Of a stretch of 32,000 bases of DNA, positions 19,997-27,762 are shown in pieces. The notes under the pieces were generated by a model. The model made no database searches. It saw only the letters and a program-made list of their open reading frames with translations, and was not told where the DNA came from. The DNA comes from Candidatus Arthromitus sp. SFB-rat-Yit. GTDB taxonomy: Bacteria > Bacillota > Clostridia > Clostridiales > Clostridiaceae. Numbering within the stretch: position 1 is the stretch's first letter; each line of letters begins with the position of its first letter. A program made the translations under genes and the position numbers. The stretch covers positions 720,001-752,000 of the forward strand of contig NC_016012.1 in NCBI RefSeq assembly GCF_000283555.1, given 5' to 3'.

Positions 19997-20311
19997 ATGA
20001 ATAAAACTAAACGTTCAATTGTTTGTAAATCAGTTGCAGCTTTGTCATTGGCTTTCACGTGTTTAGGGTTTTATACTAAAGAATCTAATGCGATAAGATT
20101 TCCAAAATTATCACCATTAAAATTACCAACTAATCTTCCAGATGTTACATTAGGACCAATATGTGGTAAAACTAGTAAAGGTTCAAATCAATTACCTGGG
20201 GGAAGGGATTCTATAGTTTTAAAATCTTTTGGAGGAGGTCAAACTCAGAGTAGTAGTCAAAATGGACCTGCAGATCCAAATCTTGGACTTTTCAGACTCG
20301 TTTGTCGCTAA
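19997..20311 (+). CDS. Small secreted protein of unknown function, possible distant paralogue of the preceding ORF
   Basis: 104 aa; RBS AAGAGG; signal peptide MNKTKRSIVCKSVAALSLAFTCLGFYTKESNA followed by IRFPKL; mature part has two Cys (PICGK, LVCR). Confidence 0.7.
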   Translation: MNKTKRSIVCKSVAALSLAFTCLGFYTKESNAIRFPKLSPLKLPTNLPDVTLGPICGKTSKGSNQLPGGRDSIVLKSFGGGQTQSSSQNGPADPNLGLFRLVCR

Positions 20312-20346
20312 ATTTCAGCTTAACAATTATAAACTTTAAATGTGTG

Positions 20347-20384
20347 CGGTGTAATTACCTTTTCAGGATATTACGCCGTTTTTT
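20347..20384 (+). terminator. Rho-independent terminator after the secreted-protein pair
   Basis: CGGTGTAAT / ATTACGCCG stem (20347-20355 / 20370-20378, one G-U) followed by TTTTTT. Confidence 0.75.
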
Positions 20385-20387
20385 ATT

Positions 20388-20430
20388 AATAAAATTATTA
20401 TTTAATTTTAAAATATTGATATAATACATA
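20388..20430 (+). repeat. 43-bp direct repeat, copy 1, containing a TATAAT box
   Basis: AATAAAATTATTATTTAATTTTAAAATATTGATATAATACATA; 41/43 identical to 22644-22686. Confidence 0.9.
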
Positions 20431-20475
20431 TAGGTAGGGCTAGAAGTTAGTTTAAAAAAATAATATAGAATTCTC

Positions 20476-20526
20476 AAAACAGTGTTTCGTTATTTTCATA
20501 TAAGGGAAATAACAACACTGTTTTTT
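20476..20526 (+). terminator. Rho-independent terminator-like hairpin upstream of the GntR gene
   Basis: AAAACAGTGTTTCGTTATTTTCATATAAGGGAAATAACAACACTGTTTTTT: long imperfect stem plus T-run. Confidence 0.7.
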
Positions 20527-20565
20527 GCTGTTTTTACTCTTTATGAGAAATTTATTGATTTATAA

Positions 20566-20606
20566 CTGTTATATGTGTTATGCTGTTATTGTAGATTATA
20601 TAACAG
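20566..20606 (+). promoter_or_regulatory. Candidate operator/promoter region of the GntR operon
   Basis: CTGTTATAT (20566-20574) ... ATATAACAG (20598-20606) inverted repeat, with additional TGTTAT units between; TTATAT-type -10 and AGGAGG downstream. Confidence 0.45.
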
Positions 20607-20629
20607 TGTAATCAGTTAGGAGGGTGATC

Positions 20630-21004
20630 GTGAAACTTATTATTTCAAATGTATCGGGTATTCCAATATATGAGCAAATTAAGCAACAAATCAAATCTGC
20701 AATTATGTCTGGTGATCTACAGAAAGGTGAAACACTTCCTTCATTACGTACCCTTGCTAAAGAATTAAAAATTAGTGTTTTAACTGTAACAAGAGCATAT
20801 ACAGAATTGGAACAAGAAGGTTTTGTAAAAAATATTCAGGGGCGAGGTTGTTTTGTTTTAGATCAGGGATCCGAACTTTTAAAGGAACAGTTGATTTGTA
20901 AAATAGAGAATAATTTATTGGAGGCAATAAATACGGCCCGCGTTGCAAATATTTCCAAAGAAGATTTACATAACCTTCTAAATATTTTAATGGAGGAAAA
21001 ATAG
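20630..21004 (+). CDS. GntR-family transcriptional regulator, YtrA type
   Basis: ISNVSGIPIYEQIKQQIKSAIMSGDLQKGETLPSLRTLAKELKISVLTVTRAYTELEQEGFV; short C-terminal domain; GTG start at 20630 after TAGGAGGG. Confidence 0.9.
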   Translation: MKLIISNVSGIPIYEQIKQQIKSAIMSGDLQKGETLPSLRTLAKELKISVLTVTRAYTELEQEGFVKNIQGRGCFVLDQGSELLKEQLICKIENNLLEAINTARVANISKEDLHNLLNILMEEK

Positions 21005-21865
21005 ATGGAGAATTGCTTAGAGGTAAAAAATCTATCAAAGTCTTTCAAAAATTTTCAATTAAATGATATTACTTTTACACTTCCAAAAGGCTATATTATG
21101 GGATTAATTGGTCCGAATGGATCTGGGAAAACAACTATAATAAAGCTCATATTAAATATGTTAAAACGTTCAGATGGTGAGGTTAAAATTTTAGGACTTG
21201 ATAATATTAAAAATGAAAAAGAAACAAAAATGAATTTGGGTGTTGTTTGTGATTCAAATTATTTTAGTGATGAGTGGAAAGTGTCACAGATTGAAAAGTC
21301 CGTATCGTTATTTTATAAAAATTGGGATACACAAAAATTTTCAAATATGTTGAAGAAATTTAATATTATCACTTCTAAAAAAATAAAAGAGCTTTCTAAG
21401 GGAATGCAGATGAAACTTATGCTCGCATATGCTTTTTCATATAATGCAAAACTATTGATATTAGATGAACCTACCAGTGGTCTTGATCCTGTTTCAAGAG
21501 ATGAACTCCTTGATATCCTATTAGAATATATTGAGGATGGCGAACACAGCGTTCTATTCTCTACTCATATTACTGAGGATTTAGAGCGTATTGCTGATTA
21601 TATTACTTATATTAAACATGGAGAATTATTTTTTAGTGGTGGTAAAAATGAGTTTGTAGATATGTTTCGAGTAGTCAAAGGAGGAAATGAGGAATTGTCT
21701 ATGAATTTAAAGAGAAAAATTGTTAATATTAGGAATTTTTCGACTGGCTTTGAAGCTCTTATTAAAACAGAAAATTTAAAAGACTTTGAGCATTTAAATA
21801 TTGAGAAAGCAACTATTTATGATATTGTTGTATTTACGAGTAATAGAGGTGAACATCATGAGTAA
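21005..21865 (+). CDS. ABC transporter ATP-binding protein (YtrB/BcrA-like)
   Basis: Walker A GLIGPNGSGKTTIIKLIL; signature LSKGMQMKLMLAYAFSYNAKLLILDEPTSGLDP. Confidence 0.93.
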   Translation: MENCLEVKNLSKSFKNFQLNDITFTLPKGYIMGLIGPNGSGKTTIIKLILNMLKRSDGEVKILGLDNIKNEKETKMNLGVVCDSNYFSDEWKVSQIEKSVSLFYKNWDTQKFSNMLKKFNIITSKKIKELSKGMQMKLMLAYAFSYNAKLLILDEPTSGLDPVSRDELLDILLEYIEDGEHSVLFSTHITEDLERIADYITYIKHGELFFSGGKNEFVDMFRVVKGGNEELSMNLKRKIVNIRNFSTGFEALIKTENLKDFEHLNIEKATIYDIVVFTSNRGEHHE

Positions 21866-22502
21866 TATTTTGAAATTATCAAAGTTGGATTTTGATCTAG
21901 TAAAACCTTACTTGAAATCACTATATTTAAAAATGATAATACCTATTTTTTTTGTAGCTATCTCTCAATCACTAACGGCAGGGATTTCATTTGCGATGTT
22001 TTTGGTTGTTACAACAATAACATCATATATTTTCTCCGTTACAGAAAAGAATTCTATGGAACGATTTTATAGTGTTTTACCAATCAAAAAAAGTGAGGAA
22101 GTTATTGGACGATATATTTTTGTTATAATATCAGGTTTAGTTTCATTAATATTTTATTTGATTTTCCAATATGGCGTATTAGTAATTTTAAATAAGTCTA
22201 TTAGTATTTATGAGATTATATTTTCTGGTTTTATAGGTATTGTTCTTTTTACTTTTTCTGCAGTTTTTCAACTTCCTGGGTATTATAAATTTGGATTTAT
22301 CAAAGGTAAAGTATTTATGTATATACCTCTGTTATTATTTTTCATAACAAATTTTTCCTCTATTAATTTAACTAAATTATTTCAGGTTATTGGATATAAT
22401 TCACCTATTCTATTAATATCATCGCTTATAATCTTTGTAGTTATAGCTTGGATTATTTCTATTTTGATATCTATTAATATATTAAAAAATAGAGAAATGT
22501 AG
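21861..22502 (+). CDS. ABC-2-type transporter permease
   Basis: Six hydrophobic segments; ATG 21861 (MSNILKLSKLDFDLVKPYLKS) overlaps the ATPase stop; MERFYSVLPIKKSEEVIGRYIF is typical of such permeases. Confidence 0.8.
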   Translation, partial: SNILKLSKLDFDLVKPYLKSLYLKMIIPIFFVAISQSLTAGISFAMFLVVTTITSYIFSVTEKNSMERFYSVLPIKKSEEVIGRYIFVIISGLVSLIFYLIFQYGVLVILNKSISIYEIIFSGFIGIVLFTFSAVFQLPGYYKFGFIKGKVFMYIPLLLFFITNFSSINLTKLFQVIGYNSPILLISSLIIFVVIAWIISILISINILKNREM

Positions 22503-22578
22503 TGTAAAACTTATTATAAATAGTATTTTAGGTGATAAAATGTAAAATTAACAGGAGTAAATAAGCTTAAAATATGTG

Positions 22579-22618
22579 CAGTATAACTATTCTGTTATAG
22601 AATGTTATACTGTTTTTT
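22579..22618 (+). terminator. Rho-independent terminator of the GntR-ABC operon
   Basis: CAGTATAAC(T)ATTCT-GTTAT-AGAATGTTATACTG then TTTTTT: 14-bp stem with a 1-nt bulge. Confidence 0.8.
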
Positions 22619-22643
22619 ATATCTATTTAAAACGTTAAAAACT

Positions 22644-22686
22644 AATAAAATAATTATTTAATCTTAAAATATTGATATAATACATA
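22644..22686 (+). repeat. 43-bp direct repeat, copy 2, containing a TATAAT box; probable promoter of the aminotransferase
   Basis: AATAAAATAATTATTTAATCTTAAAATATTGATATAATACATA; two mismatches to 20388-20430. Confidence 0.9.
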
Positions 22687-22733
22687 ATAAAATGTTTTAA
22701 TAATTTTTATTAAATGAGTTGGGATGTGATTGT

Positions 22734-23927
22734 TTGTTAATCTCAAATAGAATAAGAAATACAAAAATGTCAGCGATTAGAAAGTTAACACCTTTCGCTA
22801 AAGAAGCTAAACAAAAAGGATTAAAAGTTTATCATATGAATATAGGTCAGCCTGATATTGATACACCTGAAGAATATTTTGAGGGACTTAAAAATTATCA
22901 TAAAAAAGTATTGGGATATGAACCTTCAGAAGGAATTGATGAATTAAGATCTGCTTTTTCAAATTTTCTTGGAAAAAATAACATAGATTATTCACCCGAA
23001 GAAATTTATGTAACAAATGGTGGGAGTGAAGGTTTATTATTTTCATTTCTCATGATATGTGATGAGGGGGATGAAATTCTTGTACCCGAACCATATTATA
23101 GCAATTACAACACAATCGCAAATTCTTGCGGTGTAAAATTGGTATCTTTCGAAACCTTTATAGAAGATGGATTTCATATAAAGAGCAAAGAATCTATAGA
23201 AAAAGTAATTACATCTAAGACAAAAGCAATTTTATATTCAAATCCATCAAATCCAACTGGAGTTGTTTATTCAATAAAAGAACTTCAAATGATTGCGGAT
23301 GTTGCACATGAAAACAATTTATATATCATATCAGATGAGGTTTATCGTGAACTTGTGTATGATGGTATAAAATATGAATCTATATTCTCTATCGAAAAAA
23401 TAAGGGAACATTTAATATTAATAGATAGTCTATCTAAAAGATATAGCGTTTGTGGTTCAAGAGTTGGAATGATAGCAACCAAAAATAAAAATTTAAGAGA
23501 AGAAATTGTTAAACTTTGTCAATCACGTTTAAGTACATCATCTGTTGAACAATATTCGGCATTAAATCTTTTGAAAATTCCTACATCTTATATTGAAAAC
23601 ATAAGGGATATATATCAAGAAAGAAGAGATGTCGTTTGCGGAATTTTAGGAAAGATAGATGGAGTTAAGATATATAAACCTGAAGGAGCATTTTATTTAA
23701 TAGCCTCATTACCTGTTGATGATGCTGAAGATTTTTGTAAATGGTTATTAACTGATTTCAACATAAACAATGAAACAGTTATGTTCGCTCCAGCTGAAGG
23801 GTTTTATATGAATAATGAGGTGGGAAAATCTCAAATAAGATTATCTTATTGTATATCAGTTAAGGATTTAGAAAAGGCACTTCATATTTTAAAAGAGGGG
23901 CTAAGGTCTTATAATAACAAAAATTAA
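22734..23927 (+). CDS. Pyridoxal-phosphate-dependent aminotransferase, class I/II
   Basis: KVYHMNIGQPDIDTPEEYFEG, YVTNGGSEGLLFSFLMICDEGDEILVPEPYYSNYN, SNPSNPTGVVYS, DSLSKRYSVCGSRVG. ORF track starts at 22719; the exact start is uncertain. Confidence 0.85.
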   Translation: MLISNRIRNTKMSAIRKLTPFAKEAKQKGLKVYHMNIGQPDIDTPEEYFEGLKNYHKKVLGYEPSEGIDELRSAFSNFLGKNNIDYSPEEIYVTNGGSEGLLFSFLMICDEGDEILVPEPYYSNYNTIANSCGVKLVSFETFIEDGFHIKSKESIEKVITSKTKAILYSNPSNPTGVVYSIKELQMIADVAHENNLYIISDEVYRELVYDGIKYESIFSIEKIREHLILIDSLSKRYSVCGSRVGMIATKNKNLREEIVKLCQSRLSTSSVEQYSALNLLKIPTSYIENIRDIYQERRDVVCGILGKIDGVKIYKPEGAFYLIASLPVDDAEDFCKWLLTDFNINNETVMFAPAEGFYMNNEVGKSQIRLSYCISVKDLEKALHILKEGLRSYNNKN

Positions 23928-23953
23928 AGGAGAGCAAATTATGCTCTCCTTTA
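23927..23953. terminator. Bidirectional terminator between convergent genes
   Basis: AAAGGAGAGCA (23927-23937) / TGCTCTCCTTT (23943-23953), 5-nt loop. Confidence 0.8.
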
Positions 23954-25162
23954 TTATTTTAAACTTTTAAATTCTTTGTGGTTTAGTATTCTATTTAATA
24001 TCAATCCAACAATGGCTGCAAGACTTAATCCTGTTATAGACACATTTGGAGTTATAGGGATACCGATTGATATTCCTTTATTAGATAAATAACTTGTACC
24101 TATTCCTATTAAAATAATTGCTATTATTACAATTAGATTTTTTATACTTTTAAAAGATTTGCTATCTCTTATCGTTCTTATTCCTATATAGCTTATCATC
24201 GAAAATAACATTATACTTATTCCACCCATAACTGCCGATGGAATACTTTGAAGGAATCCACCGAATACTCCAATAAATGAAAGAAGTATTGCGTATATAG
24301 CTGTATATCTTAACAAAGAAGGATTATAGTTTTTTGTGATTGCAAGGACTGCAGTGTTTTCACCATATGTTGTGTTTGCAGGTCCTCCTATAAATCCTGA
24401 TACTACTGTAGCAAGCCCATCTCCAAGAAGAGTTTTATTTAATCCAGGATCTTCTATAAAATTCTTTCCTACAACTGTTCCATTAGTTGTCATATCTCCA
24501 ACGTGTTCCATAAATACAGCTATAACTATTGGAGCTATTATTATTGTTGCCTCAAGGCTAAACTTTGGTAGTGTAAAGTTTGGAATTTGAAATAAACTAG
24601 CGTTTGTTATTGAGCTTATATCCACTCCACCAGAAATTAAACTTAGTAAATATCCAAAACCAACAGCTATTAAAATTCCTAATTGCTTTAAAAATCCTTT
24701 CCCAAATACATTTATTAATATCGATGTAACTAGTGTTATTAGTGCTATTACTACATTTTCAACTGCCATATTAAGAGCACTAGGTATCAAATTAAGACCT
24801 ATGACAGCAATCATAGCACCTGTTACTTGAGGGGGAAAATATTTTTTAATCTTATCGATACCGATAAATTTGATTACGAAAGAAAGAAGAACATATATAA
24901 GACCTGCAACAATGATACCACCTTGTGCAAAAGCTTTATCACCGTTTGAAATTTGATTTGCTGATATAACAACTGGTATGAATGCAAAACTAGATCCCAA
25001 AAATACTGGAACTTTACCTTTTGTACAAAGATGAAAGATTAAAGTACCAAGACCTGCACAAAATATTGCGACAGACGGATCAAATCCAGTAAGTATTGGA
25101 ACCAGTACTGTTGCACCAAACATTGCTAAAAGGTGTTGAATTGATAAAATAAAATTTTTCAT
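23954..25162 (-). CDS. uraA: Uracil permease (NCS2 family)
   Basis: QHLLAMFGATVLVPILTGFDPSVAIFCAGLGTLIFHL, VFLGSSFAFIPVV, FIGGPANTTYGENTAVLAIT; adjacent to pyrR. Confidence 0.9.
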   Translation of the reverse strand: MKNFILSIQHLLAMFGATVLVPILTGFDPSVAIFCAGLGTLIFHLCTKGKVPVFLGSSFAFIPVVISANQISNGDKAFAQGGIIVAGLIYVLLSFVIKFIGIDKIKKYFPPQVTGAMIAVIGLNLIPSALNMAVENVVIALITLVTSILINVFGKGFLKQLGILIAVGFGYLLSLISGGVDISSITNASLFQIPNFTLPKFSLEATIIIAPIVIAVFMEHVGDMTTNGTVVGKNFIEDPGLNKTLLGDGLATVVSGFIGGPANTTYGENTAVLAITKNYNPSLLRYTAIYAILLSFIGVFGGFLQSIPSAVMGGISIMLFSMISYIGIRTIRDSKSFKSIKNLIVIIAIILIGIGTSYLSNKGISIGIPITPNVSITGLSLAAIVGLILNRILNHKEFKSLK

Positions 25163-25169
25163 AAAAAAC

Positions 25170-25230
25170 CTCCTGAATAATTAGGAGAACATGTCTCCTT
25201 TTCTAGCATCTCTGTGCTAATTTAAAAGGG
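25170..25230 (-). promoter_or_regulatory. PyrR-binding RNA hairpin plus Shine-Dalgarno-sequestering stem in the pyrR-uraA intergenic region
   Basis: Minus-strand RNA CCTTTT-AAAT-TAGCA-CAGAGA-TGCTA-G-AAAAGG (lower stem, internal bulge, upper stem, CNGNGA hexaloop), followed by AGGAGACATGTTCTCCT and CTCCTAATTATTCAGGAG; the latter pairs the uraA SD. Confidence 0.7.
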
Positions 25231-25236
25231 ATTAAT

Positions 25237-25767
25237 TTATTTTTTAGTTATAGTCACTGAATCTTCTACATCATCAATTTCTTTTAAATTAACGTGTATG
25301 ATTTCATCTTTTGATGTTGGAATATTTTTACCAACATAATCGGGGCGTATTGGAAGCTCTCTATGCCCCCTATCAATCAAAACAGCTAGTTGTATAGATT
25401 TAGGTCTATCAATATCTATTATTGCATCCAACGCACTTCTGATTGTCCTTCCTGTGTATAAAACATCATCAATTAAAATAATAATCTTATTTTTTATATC
25501 AAAATCTATTTTTGAATTATTTATAGTTGGCTCTTCTGAAATTTTTTGGAGATCATCTCTATAAAGACTTATATCAAGTTCACCAATATTCAAAACTTTA
25601 TTTTCAAAATTTTTAATTTGTTGAGCTATCCTTTTAGCGAGATAAATCCCTCTAGTTTTAATACCAATAAGTACAATGTTATCAATTCCTTTATTTTTTT
25701 CGATGATTTCATGACTTATTCTTGTTATAGATCTCTCTATAGATTTTTCATCAAGCAACTTTTTCAT
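25237..25767 (-). CDS. pyrR: Bifunctional pyr operon RNA-binding regulator/uracil phosphoribosyltransferase PyrR
   Basis: [95 protein letters not shown]. Confidence 0.95.
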   Translation of the reverse strand: MKKLLDEKSIERSITRISHEIIEKNKGIDNIVLIGIKTRGIYLAKRIAQQIKNFENKVLNIGELDISLYRDDLQKISEEPTINNSKIDFDIKNKIIILIDDVLYTGRTIRSALDAIIDIDRPKSIQLAVLIDRGHRELPIRPDYVGKNIPTSKDEIIHVNLKEIDDVEDSVTITKK

Positions 25768-25793
25768 AAATTAAATACCTCCACTCTTAACAT

Positions 25794-25828
25794 AAAAAAG
25801 TTCCCTACCACAAGGATAGAGAACTTTT
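25794..25828 (-). terminator. Terminator-like hairpin in the pyrR leader
   Basis: Minus strand AAAAGTTCTCTATCCTTGTGGTAGGGAACTTTTTT upstream of the pyrR RBS. Confidence 0.75.
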
Positions 25829-25960
25829 ATAGATAAAATGGAAGTTATACAAAATAACGTCTAAATATAAAATAACTTTTTGTAGTATTAAAAAGTAATC
25901 TCGATCCTTATGATATCACTGTATCATTTAAAAAACCTCAATTAATATTATAACATTAAT

Positions 25961-26698
25961 TTAAAAATTTTCAATAATATTTTTACGTTTTATCTGTATA
26001 AAATTTTTGAATTTTTGAACATCTGTATTAATTATAAGCTCATGAGGAAAATCAACTTCTTTAATTAAATTGAATGCAAGTTCATTTTCTCCAACTTGTG
26101 TACAAAAATGAGAGTCACTCCCTATTGTTATGAATGCTCCTACATTTTTACATATTTTCAAAATCTCTTTAAGATTTTCATAAACATTTGCCCTACTGCT
26201 AGTTGGTTTCAAAGAAGAATTATTTACTTCTATTAAAGTATTTGTGTCTTTTGCTTTTTTAACAACTGCTTCGAAATCAATTGGAACATTTCCATTTTCA
26301 GGATGACCGATTATGTTTACATATGGATTATCCATAACTTTAAGAAAAGCATTCGTATTTTTTTCGACTGTACTCACGCTTAAACAAATACTGTGAAAAC
26401 TTGCAATACAAACATCTAATTTACGCAATATGTTTACAGGAAGATCAACGCTTCCATCGTAATCTATAATGTTTAATTCTACTCCCATAAAAATCTCAAC
26501 ACCATGAATAAATTTATCAATTATTTTAAAATTTTTAAAATATATTTCATGAGCAGAGCCGGGCATATTCGGAGCATGATCTGTAATACACAGAAGTTTT
26601 AATCCTTTTTTGCTTGCATAAAATGCCATTTCGCTTAATGTTGAATACGCATGACCGCTAGCGATTGTATGAGAATGAGTGTCTATTAAAAGTTTCAT
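25961..26698 (-). CDS. PHP-domain phosphatase/hydrolase, YcdX-like
   Basis: MKLLIDTHSHTIASGHAYSTLSEM, CITDHAPNMPGSAHEIYF, NIIGHPENG, FITIGSDSHF; four PHP motifs. Confidence 0.88.
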   Translation of the reverse strand: MKLLIDTHSHTIASGHAYSTLSEMAFYASKKGLKLLCITDHAPNMPGSAHEIYFKNFKIIDKFIHGVEIFMGVELNIIDYDGSVDLPVNILRKLDVCIASFHSICLSVSTVEKNTNAFLKVMDNPYVNIIGHPENGNVPIDFEAVVKKAKDTNTLIEVNNSSLKPTSSRANVYENLKEILKICKNVGAFITIGSDSHFCTQVGENELAFNLIKEVDFPHELIINTDVQKFKNFIQIKRKNIIENF

Positions 26699-26713
26699 AT
26701 TTAACTCCATTCT

Positions 26714-27664
26714 TTAAGTTTGAATTTTAAATTTATTTTTTGGCATTACTTTAAATAAGTAAATGATGTAATGAGCTACCGTGTAAAATACCAATACTGA
26801 TGCAATAATTATTTCTATGTTAACAATTATTGGTAACCATGAAGGAATCATCATAGCCGCACTAAAATTAGCCACAATTTGTTTCAATGCAGTTGCCGTA
26901 ATTACAAATGGAAATGTAAATGCAGCAAAACTAGGATAAAATTGTAATTTTAAAAATTTTGGAAGTTGAGTTAAAACAATAAAATATATAGTTTGAGCTA
27001 TGCACCCACCAATAAATAGTAAAGTGAGTGATTTGTTTTCGAAAACAGCACAATATCCTGCAATTGTTAAGCTCATGGGTGCTGTATAAAGACATAATAG
27101 AGGTTTTAACGGCACATCCACCTCATGTTTAAAATATCTAAATGTAACTAGCACAAATAAAACAATAAAAGCAGCAAGCCCTAAAACAACTATAATTTTA
27201 CCAACAGCTTGTAATTTAAATTGGACGCATGTAACTGCAGCAACTATAGGTCCAACATATGCAACGAAATAAGTTGGGAAAATATCTTTAAGTGAAAAAT
27301 TGGAAAATCTTCGTATACTGAAATAAATAATAAGAGAAATATGACCAATAAAGGCAAATATCCAAATCATAAATGCAAGCAATATTAAACGTTCGGGTAT
27401 ATAGGTTGTTAATACCATAATAGCCATAAAAAACGCAGCAAAAACACTTGAAACCACAGGACTCCTAAATTCTTCTATAAATTCTTGAGCACAAAAAATA
27501 AATTTAGATGCTACCATCAATATAAATATAAGTGCCAAAATACCGCAAAGTGCATATACAAACATAGAATATGGCTTTAACAAATTTCCTAATGATGCCA
27601 ATCCTAATCCCACACCAGCTATAGGCAAAGGTATCTTTGATAAAAATTCTTTCATGTTATTCAT
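26714..27664 (-). CDS. TDT-family transporter (TehA/SLAC1-like; tellurite resistance/C4-dicarboxylate)
   Basis: IPLPIAGVGLGLASLGNLLKPY, about 10 TM segments, GPIVAAVTCVQF, FPFVITATALKQI. Confidence 0.8.
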   Translation of the reverse strand: MNNMKEFLSKIPLPIAGVGLGLASLGNLLKPYSMFVYALCGILALIFILMVASKFIFCAQEFIEEFRSPVVSSVFAAFFMAIMVLTTYIPERLILLAFMIWIFAFIGHISLIIYFSIRRFSNFSLKDIFPTYFVAYVGPIVAAVTCVQFKLQAVGKIIVVLGLAAFIVLFVLVTFRYFKHEVDVPLKPLLCLYTAPMSLTIAGYCAVFENKSLTLLFIGGCIAQTIYFIVLTQLPKFLKLQFYPSFAAFTFPFVITATALKQIVANFSAAMMIPSWLPIIVNIEIIIASVLVFYTVAHYIIYLFKVMPKNKFKIQT

Positions 27665-27762
27665 TCCCTCTTAAATTTATTTATTACACTATTTAGTTTA
27701 ATAAAATTTAACGAATAATTACAAGTTTGATTTTTAGATATAAAAAGCAACTAATTGTGATT

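Noticed and set aside
25546-25836. Plus-strand ORF of 96 aa
   Set aside because: Antisense to pyrR and its leader terminator; no independent support.
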